64,000 nt of DNA from Eledone cirrhosa (GCA_964016885.1 OZ024741.1:283402001-283466000), one strand, 5' to 3'; positions 47,398-61,000 are shown, counted from the stretch's first letter. The notes: generated from the letters alone by a model not told the origin. Translations and numbers: made by a program.

Positions 47398-48213
47398 ATA
47401 AATTTAAATAATTTTGAAAACCATACAATGCACTAGAAAGAAAATTGAAATTGCTAAGATAAAAGAATCTTGTCTTAGCAAACTTAAACCCAAATATTTT
47501 CGGGTTTAAAAACCTATTCTACACAGGCAGCACTATTCAACCGTTACATCTCCGTATTAAAAAGCATGTTAACACCAACTCCTCTTCCTTCCCCAAACAC
47601 ATCATCAAATGTGGAAACCGGGACCACATTACCACCACAATCTTAGCTACCGAACGCAGTATAGGCACACTTAAGGAAGCCCTAGGATCAATAATCGAAT
47701 GGAAAGAAGTGCATCAGAATGACTACTTTAAAAGCTTGTATTCCAACATCCCAGTCGCCTGTTACATTCTTTCTTTCAAATTAAATCTATGTCCTCGTTA
47801 GGCAAACACACTTAGACTCACAGACATATATCATACACATTTTTTCCTTTTTATTATATACATATTTGCACACACTTTTCACTACATAAACTTACATTCG
47901 TGCACACACATACATACATCCCACTAAGCACACTTACATTCACGCACAGACATGCATATATCATACACTTTTCCTCAGACATTTCACAACACACACGTTC
48001 GAAATTTTAATGTCTTTTCATTTCATTTAACATAAATCTGCTTTCCTAACAAGTCAATTCTGATCGATCCTTTAAGTCTCTCATAAGGATATTCCCTTGA
48101 TAATGGGTTTTTATTGGGGATTCTTAAATTTGCTAAGGTAAGATTCTTTTGTTATCTTAGCAATTTTAATTTTCTTTCTAGTACATTGTATGGTTTTCAA
48201 AATTATTTAAATT
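47398..48213 (+). mobile_element. Decayed Penelope fragment with inverted pLTR arms
   Basis: Inverted ~100-bp arms 47398-47497 and 48112-48213 around a GIY-YIG remnant (FYTGSTIQPLHLRIKKH, ~47515-47570). Confidence 0.65.
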
Positions 48214-48588
48214 TGTGTTTCCTATTCAACATTGCTTCAAGCAAACTACAACACTGTTATATAATAAACATAATTTTATCTTCTATTTTAGAAATATAAT
48301 TGATGTCACTTTTGTATCAATTTATCAAAATTTCTCTATTTTAGCAACACAAGTTGGTGAAAGTAGGGAAGGCTGCTGTATATGGTGTATATGTATGCAT
48401 GTGTATAAATGTATGTATATGTGTAAGTATAGTTATATCAACGATAGTGTTTGATGTGTATATACATTTATGTGTGTGTATCCATTATTTGACATGGTAG
48501 TGGACTGATATATTTGAAGAAATTCAAATCTTCCCCTCTCTATTCAGTCTCTGCTCTCTGTCTTTCTCTCCCTGCTTGTGTGTATATA

Positions 48589-48815
48589 TAGGGTGCATTA
48601 AAAAAAAAAGCAATATTTCAAAAGGTTCAACATCATCATCATCATCATCATCATTTAACATCCATCATATGGTAACTTGTACAATACATGTCTGACTATA
48701 AAGTTTTATTCTTTTTTTTTTATATTTTTTATAAATTTCTATATAGTTATTTACATATTGAGCATTTGTAAAAATTGTAAATAAAATTGGATGATACTTT
48801 TTTGATACAACCTGT
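48589..48815. mobile_element. Possible Tc1/mariner-type MITE
   Basis: Degenerate TIRs AGGGTGCATTAAAAAAA / TTTTTTGATACAACCTG. Confidence 0.45.
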
Positions 48816-49441
48816 GTAGGGTGTATTCATATGTAAATAACTTTATAAAAATTTATATGTGTGACCCCCAAGGTCTAAATATGGCTCCTGATACACACAC
48901 ACACAGCCAAACTCACACACATACATAATTATACAGTTACGTACAAACATATTGATTTGTGTTTATGCATATATACATGAGGTGTTACATGTTTATGTAA
49001 CTTACAATATGATCACCTCATTTATGTGTGTGTATGTATCTGTACAGACACATTCACAAATACGTGTGTGGTGATCACACACACACACATACTTGTGTGT
49101 ATGTGTTGGACAGCCATTGGTTCCAACGACGAGTGTTCCAGTTGTATGATGAATGAAACAGCCAGGCCGGCAGGGGAAGGGTAACTCGATCGACTAGAAA
49201 TAGCAGCCAAATTTCCCCCAAAATCACACAACCACAAGAAAAGGACTAAGTTTGAGGAAACGACGTTAATGTCTTTAATAATAAGTCGACTTGGTTGGTG
49301 CTGACCTGGGGCTAAAAAACAACTCAGATCAATAAGAATGTTACCGCAACAACGCCCCCCCCCCCCAAAAAAAAACACCACCCCCAAGACACATACACAA
49401 GCGCGTGCATGCATACCTACTATCTACACACGTGCATATAT

Positions 49442-49637
49442 ATATGGAAAAAAGTCAGGACCCCAACGGCTGAGCTCCGGCTGTTTCAACAGTTAGATCA
49501 GACTCAGATTTAGCTGTTGAAACGGGCGGAGCTCAGCCGTCTGGGTGAATTTTTTCATATTACCCACTCTACTACCCCAAGTATCGAGTACTCTGGCAAG
49601 TAATGGTCTAACTGGTTTTTACTGCCTCCATTCTAGT
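49442..49637. mobile_element. Fold-back mini-element holding the 3' half of a hammerhead
   Basis: Imperfect palindrome 49442-49560; GAAA-CGG..CCG-TC at 49519-49541; tail with ACTC..GAGTAC; TA flanks. Confidence 0.6.
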
Positions 49638-49687
49638 ATATATATATATTGCCTGCTATGGGACTATATGTCCTATGTAAGGGAAAA

Positions 49688-49768
49688 TGCTTTCTGAAGA
49701 GCTGATCTTTCCATTGGAAGTCCCTTGGGTTTCCAATCTTTTGTGAGGCGAAACCGTCGGTAAAAGCA
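49688..49768 (+). ncRNA. Type I hammerhead ribozyme with long stem II
   Basis: TGCTTT-CTGAAGA-GC..TTGGAAG/TTTCCAA..GC-GAAA-CCGTCGG-TA-AAAGCA; perfect 6-bp stem I and intact core. Confidence 0.85.
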
Positions 49769-49837
49769 ATACGGATAGGTAAATATTTAAATTGTATTTT
49801 GAAAGATTGTTTAAATTTTGCTTGTTCGGCTCATCTC

Positions 49838-49900
<63 letters not shown>

Positions 49901-51167
49901 CATGTGTGTGTGAAGCAAAGTTAGTGGTTGTTGTTGAAGAGGATAATTAACAAGGCAAATACAATAATTTGGGTTAGATATAGAACTTTACTTCGTTTCT
50001 GTTAAAAAGGAAAAAGAATGTGTTTATTATACTATGTTAGATTAAAAAGTGACAAGTCGTTTCAGGATGTACATACTAGCATGGGTAGTAGTAAGCTCGC
50101 AGTGCAAGGGAGCTGTGTTGTTTATATGAAGAAGCAGATGATTCTCTGTATGTAGTTAAAGTGCTAATGGAAGAATTGCTGATGAGCCCTTGTCGACAGA
50201 GCCGCAATATTTTGCGAAGCGCTACATCTCGCCACTTGCTTGAGCAGGTCGAAATGATGCTCCTCTCTTGAGTAACCTTTGCATCACTTTTATATCCCAT
50301 ACGGAATTAGATGTTATCTTTTTTAAGACGCTAGTATGATTAAAAGGACATTTAGCTGCTATTTCTAGCATATCGATCAATCACGTTGAGGTTCCCCTGT
50401 AGGATCGTTTACAAACACATTGTTGACAGGGGTTTAAGGTCGGTAAAGTGAAGCTATATGATTGCTAGACCAGCTAGTTATAGTAGCTAAATCTCATAAA
50501 TTATACACATCTCCACCTCCAGCCTATGTATAAAAATACAACAAAATTGTCATTAAACATTGTAGTTGTAAATATAGTATGGGTAAAAAATAAACACGGA
50601 CTGGTCATGGCTGGATTGTCTTTGAGCATATGACCCATGGCGCCCTATGGTTTGTCCCATCTCCCAAAACCTCAATGTAGAAGACTAGGCATAGGCAACC
50701 TTTCCGCGCATATGACTGTAGTCAACCAAAAGTGTCACTCTGAATAGACTTCGCCCCCTTAACATGCCTTTAGCTACGCTACTGAACTAGGGGAGGGGTT
50801 GCTAGATCAGGGTTAGCAGAAACAATATAGGTATGTATAAGACTGAGCATCCTGAAACCGCAGAGACTAAGAGCCCCGGCGATTATATTTATTTTTGCTG
50901 TAGTGGGGTGTAAGTTTGAAGTGTCCAAAGGGGTCCCGAAATATCTGAAAGCTTACGTGCCCAGCCATGACTTAATAGGGCCCGTTGGGTATGGTAGGAA
51001 CATTATATGTGTTGGTGTGATGGTCATATTTTCCCCCCAAGGACATTTTACAATGTGAGGTGAGTGATGTGATTGAATAACTAATTGATATCGAAACCAA
51101 GTCACCGGTTCCCCGACTTTCCACCCAAGTTACATGTATCGGATATACCCACTACATCTCTCTCATC

Positions 51168-51226
<59 letters not shown>

Positions 51227-51529
51227 TAAATTTATAGAACTCCTTTTTTTATTTTTTCGTGTGCTATCAACTAATCTAACCTCCAAGATGTGCTGGCAAT
51301 CGACTGTTTTCCCGGAGAACGAAGAGGGTGGGAAGGCGAGCCGAACACTGGAAAGGTCCCACCCGGCAGACACAACTCCGCCCGTCATTCCTTACACCTC
51401 TCATTCTCCGAGTAGCCGAGAGAGGTCCCCCACCCAACACCAATTTCCCAGTGTTTGAACTGTAAAAGACCGGCATATTATTTTTAATGAAATGTCAAAC
51501 ATACGAGGCAAAGGGAATAAATAGCAGAA

Positions 51530-52068
51530 CACAGACAAACACACACTGGCAGATAGATACACACACACCGACAAACACAGACAGACACTGACAAATACAT
51601 ACACATAAATACATAGAACAGCACACACTAGCAGACAGACACACACACACTGACAGTTACATACACTGATAAACACATAAAACAATACATAGAACAACAC
51701 ACAGACCAATACACACACACTGACAGTTACATACACTGATAAACACATAAAACAATACATAGAACAACACACAGACCAACACACACACACTGACAGATAC
51801 ATATACTGTCAAACCTAAACAAATATATAGAACACATAGACCAACACACACACACACACTTATACATAGATTAACACACACTAACAGACAGATACACACA
51901 CCGGCGGATACATACACTGACATATACACACAGACACAAATGCTGAAACACACATACAAACACACTGACACGGTCTAACATATACGCAGTCAACATATAC
52001 ATAGACAAATATACACAGACAAACACATACATAGATAAACATATATATATAGACAAACACATACAGAG

Positions 52069-52080
<12 letters not shown>
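51530..52080. repeat. CA-rich minisatellite including a ~70-bp tandem duplication (51644-51790)
   Basis: Repeated cacacactgacagttacatacactgataaacacataaaacaatacatagaacaacacacagaccaa. Confidence 0.75.
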
Positions 52081-52101
<21 letters not shown>

Positions 52102-52379
52102 AGCAGAGGGATATTTAATTTGTTGGTAATTCAACAAATATATTTTTAACATATTCGAAGCACTTGATAGTATATATATATATAGCAACAGGTGTAGGTA
52201 TAAATGTGTAGATAGATATCTTACCGTTCAGCACAAGACTGCCCAGTGTCCGGCCTGGCATTTTTTTAAAATCACCCCCATTCGATCAGGTATTCTGATT
52301 AAACAGTCAGTAGTTGCTTAAATAAACGAAACCTCTACTTACGAGTTCGGGCGACTGTCGAGGTTTTATTTATTTTTTG

Positions 52380-52970
52380 GTGCAAGAGAGAGAAAGAAAG
52401 AGAAGATAAAGTGAGAGAGGTGAGAGGTGTGATATAGAGAAAGAGCTCGTTCGGGTGGGAGGAAAGTTGGATGGTAAGAATGAGAAAATGAAGGAGTGAG
52501 TATGTTGGGAAGAATAAAGGGAGAACGAAAGTGGGAGGTTGAGAGAAAAGGTAGCAAAAAAAAGAGAGTGGAAGAAGCAGAGAAAGAGATGAAGGGGGAT
52601 GAGAGAAAGGGTAGCAGAAAAAGACAGAGAGATGTGAAGAGGAGCTTAAGAGAGAGGGTAGCAGAAAAAAGAGAGTGGAAGAAGCACAGAAAGAGATGAA
52701 GGGGGTTAAGAGAAAGGGTAGCAAAACAAGGGGAGAATGATAGAAAAGAGAGAATTGGAAGGAGAAAGAGAGAAAAAGAAGAGAAAGCAGCATGCGAAAT
52801 TTAGATTTGAAAATAAGAAAAGTGGAAAAAATAAGAAAATAAGAAAAATGGAAGAATTTAGTAAAGTAAAACTGAAAGAGGAGAAAATGAGATGACAGTT
52901 ATCTTGTTGGAGAGAGACTAAATATTAGAGAGACTGGAGTGTACAGTGAAGGAGGGGAGGGAAGATAGGA
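52380..52970. repeat. Purine-rich low-complexity tract with an internal duplication
   Basis: GA-rich; gtagca..gagagtggaagaagca..gatgaaggggg at ~52551 and ~52658. Confidence 0.7.
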
Positions 52971-52972
52971 TG

Positions 52973-53026
<54 letters not shown>

Positions 53027-53095
53027 GTGGGTAACCACAGTAAGTAAGGTACTCAATACATAGTAGAGTATATCCAGTATTTAATATAGAAATGG

Positions 53096-53143
53096 CTTCT
53101 ACAGGACTAGAACTGTTTCATTCGAAGGAAATCATCAGGAAAC
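53096..53143 (-). ncRNA. Type I hammerhead, same family as 11047-11097
   Basis: Reverse strand GTTTC-CTGATGA-T-TTC-CTTC-GAA-T-GAAA-CAG-TTCTAGTC-CTG-TA-GAAGC, followed by the same tail (TACTC..TATTGAGTACCTTACTTACTGTGGTTACC). Confidence 0.82.
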
Positions 53144-53255
53144 TGTCATTGTGGTATGGTGGTATTTATTCGTTTTCTGGTGGTAGAAGGTGGTGATTAT
53201 ATATATATAGACAAACATATATATATTGACAAACACATACATAAACTAATATATA

Positions 53256-53463
53256 CAAATGAATATATGATAGGGATAAACACTGATACAAGTATACATG
53301 TGTTTGCATTGCAAATGACCAAGTTAGCTAGATTGAAAAATACTAATTAAAATACTTGTATCAGTGTTTATCCCTATCATATATTCGTTTGTATTACACG
53401 ACTCGGAAATATTCCTTTCTTTGAGCTATTTAATTGTAAAATACTATTTTGAGTTTATAACTC
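53256..53463. mobile_element. Small fold-back element without a visible hammerhead
   Basis: ~41-bp inverted arms 53256-53296 and 53352-53393, then an ACTC..TGAGC tail ending at TA. Confidence 0.5.
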
Positions 53464-54039
53464 TATATATAATAATAAACTAATATATATGTTTTTATCT
53501 TTTTTTTTTCCTATTTCCATTAATATTTGTCATGTTATTTTGTTACATAACTGAATAAAAACAATTGGAAAGTATATATGTGTATGTAGAGAGGAGAAGG
53601 GGTAGTGGTGATGAATAAAAGGATATATATAATTAAAAAGAGAAAGAAGGGAAGAGGGAGAGGGGGAGAAACTATAAAGTAGAAACAGCTAGAAAGAGAA
53701 GGTTTAAGAAGAAAGATAAAGTTACAGCGAAAAACTGAGAGAGAGAGAGAGAGACTGTGTGAGGATTTAGTTAAGCAAGCGTGACTGATGGATAAAGAAG
53801 CAGTGTTTGTTTCTTTTAAACATCTGTTTTTTTAATTACTCCTAGTGTCCTATGATGAGTAAATTATGTTGTTTCTCCGTCAGTTTCGACGATGAGTGTC
53901 ACAGGTGTTCGATTAACAGATCAGCCTCATGAAATGTATGTGTAAGCGGCTGAGGTAGTTCTCAGAGAGATATTGTGTGACGCAGTATGTGACAAAGCTG
54001 GCTCTTTGAATTACAGGTATGACTCATATAAATTGTTTT

Positions 54040-54128
54040 TCTCAAGGACACAATGCAGCCCAGGAATAGAACTCACAACCTTACAATCATGAGAAGATCA
54101 CACCAGCCACTAAGCTATGCACGTTCAC
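54040..54128 (-). mobile_element. tRNA-derived SINE head
   Basis: Reverse strand TAGCTTAGTGG..GAGTTCTATTCC; homologous to 42040-42120. Confidence 0.55.
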
Positions 54129-54329
54129 AGTAAGCCTTGTTTGATGTGACAATGTGGTTGACACAAATGCGTTGAGAAGCAGGGGCTCATTAAGTTTGCA
54201 TGTGCCCCCTGGATGTAAATTTCAGTGCAGGGCCCTTACATTATTTACGGTAGCAAATAAATCAATTGGAGCTTTTTAAAATATTGTGGCATTCCTGGCT
54301 ACATTCAAGCCAAACTCTCCACCTACCAC

Positions 54330-54546
54330 TTAACGCCTTTAGCATTTAAACCGGCAATTTCCAGCCAGAATTCTCTCACCTCTTTCGGTTCAAACTGGCC
54401 GTAACCTGCTGCTCATACCAATGTTAAGGTATTGTTCTCAAAATAAATAATATCAAAATTTCATAGATTCAATATTATGTGAGATAAAGTCATTACCATG
54501 AAAATAGAATAGTATATATAGAGTAATGTAAACGCTAATGGATTAA
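54330..54546. mobile_element. piggyBac-like MITE
   Basis: TTAA..CCTTTAGCATTTA / TAAACGCTAATGGA-TTAA termini. Confidence 0.5.
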
Positions 54547-54614
54547 TCTGACACTGTAAGTTAGTGTATGTCAACCAGGGCTGTATTATTCATAAGGCTG
54601 GCTTGGCTGAAGTC

Positions 54615-54722
54615 TAAGGGCCCTACAAGAACACAAGGCCCACAGGAACAAGGGTCTTACAGGGATGAAGCCCTGCAAGGACAAGCCCTGCAAGGACAAG
54701 GCCCTACAGGGACAAAAGCCCC
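54615..54722 (+). repeat. About 7 degenerate 15-17-bp tandem repeats (GCCCTRCAAGGACAA)
   Basis: Direct inspection. Confidence 0.75.
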
Positions 54723-54734
54723 ATACATTTTTTT

Positions 54735-55915
54735 TCTGTTCTAGTAAGGAATACAAGGCCCTGATCGCTTTTGAGAAATGGCCCTGCGTAGTGTGAAGGA
54801 AAGGGGTGCTTAGAAATTCCATTCTCTGTCCCAAATGCAAGCTATGGGTGCACAAGAGATGTAGTGGGATCCAAGGTGAGTTAGCTAAGAATGTAGGCTT
54901 TACATGTGGCTGTTGCACAAGTGCAGTAACAAACACTAACAGGAAACAAGTGCAATAAAATTATTGGAAGGTTCCGTAGAAGCAGTTGACAGTTTCTGTT
55001 ACCTGGGTGACCAAATTAGGAGTGGAGGAGGGTGTTTGGAAAGTACAGTAGCCAGAGTGAGAATGAGATGGAAAAGAAGCTACTACCGCTGCTAGCTACT
55101 AAAGGGTTTCCCTCAAAATGAAGGGCAGATTGTATGATGCATGTATATGAGAAGCCATGTTGCATGGTAGTGAGACCTGGACTCTGTGTGCAGAGGACCT
55201 ACGAAAATTGGGAAGAAATGAAGCTTGCATGCTTCATTGGATCTGTAATAATAATATACATGAACAGCAAAGCATAAAAAATGAACTGAGAGAGAAACTT
55301 GGTTGACAGCTATATAAAAAGGTGCAGGGCACTCAAAGTTGAAGGTAACTATGGAGTAGGAAAACTTGGGATGAGATGATAAAGGCTGACTTTGCATAAT
55401 TGGACCTCTTTAAGATGATGATACAGGATTGAAACCATTGGTGTTATGCAGTTATACAGAAGACCTGCCTTCCCTTATGCACGGGTTGAAGCTTACATGC
55501 AGTATGCACCACTTTCCCCTACCTTCCTCACCCACGTCCTAACACCCCACCCTACCCCACGTCCTACCTCACACTCCTCACCTGATAAGTCCCCCAATCC
55601 CTAGATCTACGCCACATCCCCATGCACTTCACCACCAACCCACACTGTAAGGTGGTCGTTTTGGTACCATGACAAAAAGCACACAGTCCTTACCGTAAAG
55701 TGGTTGTGTAGGTGTCGCGACAAAAAGCACCCAGTACTCACTGTAAATGTGATTGGCATTTAGAAGCGCATCAGGCCATAGAAACCAAGCCAAAATCAGT
55801 TATGCATGAGCAAGACATGGTCATCTGATCTGGCTTGTTCACAATGAGACAACTCATCTAACCCACACTAGAGTGGAAAAATGGACTATGAATGATCATG
55901 ATGATGATGATAATG
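54735..55915 (+). mobile_element. Old RTE copy (family B-like), heavily decayed
   Basis: PHD-like insert remnant, MLHGSETW, 3' UTR hairpin units, GAT tail. Confidence 0.85.
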
Positions 55916-56060
55916 ACACACACACATAGATATATATATTACATACATACATGCATATATATATATATATATATGTTTTGATAGCAAATGCTCGATAAGG
56001 ATTATATATATATATATATAAATATATATATGTAAAAAACCCACAGAGAAAATATTTATT

Positions 56061-56192
56061 ATATGTACAGATTAAAGTTTAATCAAAGAATCACTGCTTT
56101 CACCCTTTTATGGGATCTTCTGAAACAGTTTCAGAAGATCCCGTAAAAGGGTGAAAGCAGCAATTCTTTGCTTAAACTTTAATCTGAACATA
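56061..56192. mobile_element. Fold-back mini-element with variant hammerhead (56127-56178, +)
   Basis: Palindrome centred on GAAACAGTTTC; AGTTT-CAGAAGA-T-CCC-GTAAAA-GGG-T-GAAA-GCAG..TTGC-TT-AAACT. Confidence 0.6.
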
Positions 56193-56629
56193 TATTAAGT
56201 ATATATATATATATAAGATTAAGAATGGGTTTCCAAAAAGGAAAAGTATTCATCATCATCATCATCGTTTAATGTTCATCTTGCACACTAGTAAATGAAG
56301 TACATATATATTCGACAGAGAAATTACTTCTACTAGACTAGAATTGTTTCATTTGTTCACTGGAAACTATGCCAGTCCTGTACAAGGGTCAAGTGAAAAT
56401 TTCATCAACTGGCCAAGATACTTTCATAGAATGACCAAATGAGGTTTATTTTACAGCATAGTCCCTGGAAAGAAACAATGCAGTTATTAATGAATTGAAA
56501 TTAATGCATGCAAGATTTCACAGCCCTAGCATCACTCCTTCAGTATCAGCCTTCAGAACTCCTTCATAACTTTTCGGCCCTCCCTCATAGAAATCATTTC
56601 TATATCAAATATACATATATATATATATA

Positions 56630-56797
56630 TCATCATCATCATCATCATCATCGTTTAATGTCTATCTTTCACGCTAGCATGGGTTAGACGGGAATTGTCC
56701 CACTTGAGGCAAGATTAGTCAGGTGACCGTGTCTCGCTCGTATAGGCCTGTATCTGGCAGATTTTCTACGGCTGGATGTCCTTCCTAACACCAACCA
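56630..56797 (-). mobile_element. RTE 3'-terminal fragment
   Basis: (CAT)n tail and 3' UTR homologous to 806-965. Confidence 0.8.
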
Positions 56798-56831
56798 CAC
56801 ACACACACATATTTATATATATATATATATA

Positions 56832-57223
56832 TCATCATCATCATCATCATTTTATATTCGCTTTTCCCTGCGTGCAAGGGTGGGACGGGAACTGATTCTG
56901 GCTTGATTTCTACAGCTGGATGCCCTTCCTAACACCAATCTCATTTACAGTAAGTGCTGGGTGCTTTTTTTCCATGGCACCTACACATCCACTTTATACA
57001 GTGTGGGCTGGGTGTTTTTTGTCCTGGCACCTCCACGACCACTTTGCAGTGGAATGATAGGGACCCCAGTCCTATCATCTCATTTCTACAGCTGAGTAAA
57101 CTGGAGCAATGTGAAATAAAGTGTCTTGTTCAAGGAAACAACACATCACCTGGTCTGAGAATTGAACTCACAACCTTTCGATTGCAAGCCCAATGCCCTA
57201 ACCACTAAGCCATGTGCCTCCAT
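56832..57223 (-). mobile_element. tRNA-derived SINE with RTE family B-derived 3' half (second copy)
   Basis: Homologous to 41790-42124 with one extra hairpin unit. Confidence 0.82.
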
Positions 57224-57322
57224 ATATATACATATATATACATATCCGGGAGCTTCCAACAGACATGGTCGCATTCTTTTAAGGGTATGTCAATATTTGT
57301 TTATAAAACTGATCTATATTAT

Positions 57323-57385
57323 ATTTTAATTGATGAAAGCGCACCATAATTTGCTTTGGTGTCCTTGAAATATGTATAATGAAAT
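57323..57385 (+). ncRNA. Degenerate hammerhead, same family as 10177-10240
   Basis: TTGATGA-AAG..CACCA/TGGTG..CTT-GAAA-TATGTA-TA-ATGAAAT, followed by the same aaatatggttttataaat..gtttccatttatt sequence. Confidence 0.6.
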
Positions 57386-57447
57386 AAATATGGTTTTATA
57401 AATATAGTTTCCATTTATTAATATATTGTATATATATATGTATATGT

Positions 57448-57487
<40 letters not shown>

Positions 57488-57572
57488 ATGCGTAAAAGTA
57501 ATAACAAAAATAACAAAACAAAAAGCACAGTAAATGGAAGAAATATATTAGTTATAACACTTGAAATAGCAG

Positions 57573-57644
<72 letters not shown>

Positions 57645-57859
57645 ATATATATATATATACAGAGGGAGAGAGAGAGAGAGGGAGGGGGAGATAAGAAGAG
57701 AGATAGTGAGTGACAGAGAGAGAAGAGTGAAACAGAAACAGAGAGTTTTTGTTACATAAATAATCAGCAAGCTAGACACGCATTAAAATAAATAAATATG
57801 GATTTTGACATTTATTCTAATGTCCTGGTGGTTGTTTTACAAATGAAACATGTTTGTAT

Positions 57860-57913
<54 letters not shown>

Positions 57914-57937
57914 AAGTTGATGATGATATATATGTAT

Positions 57938-58065
57938 AAAGAGCTTTGACAATAAACAAATAAACAACCATCTGGTTATTAAACTAACATCTGGAAGTTT
58001 GTAATAAATTGAAGTGATAATTAACCGATGCATATGTTTTTATTGACCCTCCCAAAGTATAACAA
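57938..58065 (+). mobile_element. Naiad-type Penelope 3' terminal fragment
   Basis: Ends GACCCTCCCAAAGTATAACAA-(TA)n, the reverse complement of the 15422 terminus. Confidence 0.75.
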
Positions 58066-58080
58066 TATATATATATACAT

Positions 58081-61000
58081 ACACACCCAAACCCGATCAC
58101 TTGCTGTCACCATACCCCCTGACCTCCCCTTCTCCGCACCTGAGTGCTCACTCCTCAGTAGATGCCTTCACTTTATACCTCACACTCCGCACAGCGACGA
58201 GTTCCGCACCCGAATGGAAGTCGAGCGATTCGTGCGACGCACGAAGCTACAGGCACATTTCGATCAAACGCCACCGGCTCCGAACGCCCCAGACCCGTTT
58301 CTCGCCCTGGGCCGACGACTATCGTCTTGGACGCCGGCCCCAGGGCAATTTAGCACCCTGGACGCGTTCATCGATGCCTGCCGTAGCGCAGTAAATCGCT
58401 TCGACTTCCGCCACCAGTCCCAACGGCATAACATCTCACGGGGCGAACTCCTCGTTCTCCGCTCCCTCCATAGCCGAGATGACATCGTCATCAAACCGGC
58501 ATACAAGGGAGGCGCCATGGTGGTGTGGCGCGCTGACCAATACATGGCTGAAGCCCTCAGGCAACTCCGTAACCCCTCTTCTACCGCCCTCTACCCTCCG
58601 ATCCCACACCCCTCTACCAACAACAAATTTCCTCCACCATCCAACACCTTGTCTCCCCCACCACCGCTTCCCACCTCATCGTACGCATCCTCCGCATCCC
58701 CCACTATCTACTTCCTCCCCAAACTCCACAAACCCGACAACCACGGCCGCCCCATCGTCTCCGCTTGCAACTGCCCCACCGACCTCATCTCCGCCTTTCT
58801 TGACTCCATCCTCGCCCCCTCGTCACCACCCTCCCCTCCCACATCTCCGACACCAACCACGCCCTTCGCCTATTCGACTCCTTCACCTTACCACCCGGCC
58901 CACAGCCCTTCCTCTTCACCCTAGATATCAAGTCGCTCTATACAGTCATCCTCCAAGCCGACGGCCTACGTGCCCTCAAGCACTACCTCGACCTTCGCCC
59001 CTCCACCCCTACCCTCCTTCGCCTCGCCGAGCTGGTCCTCACCCTCAACTGTTTCTCCTTCTCGGGTGAGTTTTACCAACAGGTCACGGGGGTAGCCATG
59101 GACATAAGAATGGGCCCAAACTATGCCAACCTTTTCGTTGACCATCTTGAGGCCCAAATCTTTGCCCAGTACACCGGTCCCACGCCCGAACTGTACGGTC
59201 GTTACATCGACGACTGTATCGGAGCCACGACCCTCACTCGAGAACAGCTCGACTCCTTTCCCTCCTTCTTCTGCTCCTTCCACCCCTCGCTCCACTTCAC
59301 CACCTCTATCTCCAACCACCCACGTCCACTTCTTAGACATCTCCGTCGCCTTCGACCCCTCCCACCACTCCCTCGTCACCACCGACTCGTCACCACCGAC
59401 TCCCACTCCTACCTCGACTTCACCTCCTCCCATCCTACACACACTAAACACTCTATTCCCTACTCCCAACTCCTCAGGATCCGCCGCCTCTGTAGCCCAG
59501 ATGCTGACTTTGAGTCCCAGGCCCTTTCCCTAGTCAGCCATTTCAACCGCTGAGGTTACGCCCCCGCCCCCCACGTCCACACCGCCCCCCACGTCCACAC
59601 CGCCCTCACTCGCGCACGTGCTGTCCACCGCTTCACCACCCTCACTTCACGCCACCGCACACCCACCCACCGTCTCCCCTTCCCCATCACCTACCACCCC
59701 TCCACCCTACCCCTCCACCGCATCTTCCGACGCCTCCAGCCCGACCCCTCCACCTCCCACATCTTCCCATCCCCACCACTCCTCTCCTTCAAACGCGCAC
59801 GCAATCTCCGCACCCTCCTCGTCCGCAGCTCCCCCCCCCCCCGGTTCCCTTCCCTGTTCGAAGCATCGTTGCAACACCTGTCCCCACATCACCAACACCA
59901 CCACCTTCCAGGGTCCCAACGGCCACTCTTTCTCCAACCTAGTCTATGGACTTCGCTGCACGGATTGTAGCGTAACCTACGTCGGACAGACTGGACGTCG
60001 CCTGGCGGACCGTTTTACCGAACACCTCCGGGATATTCGTCTCCGCAGTAGTTCTCCCATCGCCCGCCACTTTGGCTCCGCTGGACATTCCGCGCACCAC
60101 CTCACAGTCTGTGGCCTACTCCAATGCCACGGAACACCCGCCACTCTCCTCAGGGTCGAACAACGCACCATCTTCACCCTACATACAGACCCACAGTCCC
60201 CCCGGTCTGAACTCCCCACCCCTATTCCTTTAGGCTTCGACCACCCTTTTCCCCCCCACACATACCCCCACTAACACCTCTATTAATACACACACCCTAC
60301 CCCCGCACGACCCCCTCCCCACTCCACCTTTCACACCTACCCATCCTCTCCCCTGTCCACCGCACCTCCGCACACACTGACACACCGACTTTCTCCACCT
60401 GCCATTCTCCTCTACTGCTGCTATGCCCTGGCCCTCTGACCACCTCTCTGCACACACAGCCCTCTCCACCTGTCCTTCTCCTCTACCCTCCTCTTACCTT
60501 GATCCTCTGACCACTTCTTGTTGCGCGCGCACCCCACTCCGACCAACCCAACCACGGATTACACACATTGGACATCGCTCCCAGCAATCAACTCCATCAC
60601 AAGGAAAATATCCGGTACCCCACCACACCCTCTACGGAACTACCTTAGGAACTTACCCACGGACATACACTCACAAAAAGTTTTTTTCCCACACGCCACC
60701 TACAACCACAATACGTATAAACACCACACACACGTGCGTACCCCCACATATTTACACACTCAGCTTCCTGAATCCCCCCTCTGACCCCTCCCCATCCAAA
60801 CGCGCACACACACACCGACCTACACCACACCCCACACACACACCTTTTCCTGAACATGGAACCTCGTTCTTCCCCCAACTCTCACATTCACATAGACACA
60901 CACACACGTACACCTACACACACACACCACCTTCAGCCCTCCCCGCTCGGACACCCCGCTTTCCTCTCCCCACTCCACCCGCCACCACCCCTACACGCCC

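Noticed and set aside
50076-50300. 74-aa minus-strand ORF in unique-looking DNA
   Set aside because: No recognisable domain or convincing splice acceptor
54615-54722. Short repeats here and at 43129-43205 as a CRISPR-like array
   Set aside because: Tandem units without unique spacers, eukaryotic context, no cas genes
56328-56370. Similarity to the 3' half of the 11047-family hammerhead
   Set aside because: CUGANGA half is missing; degenerate fragment
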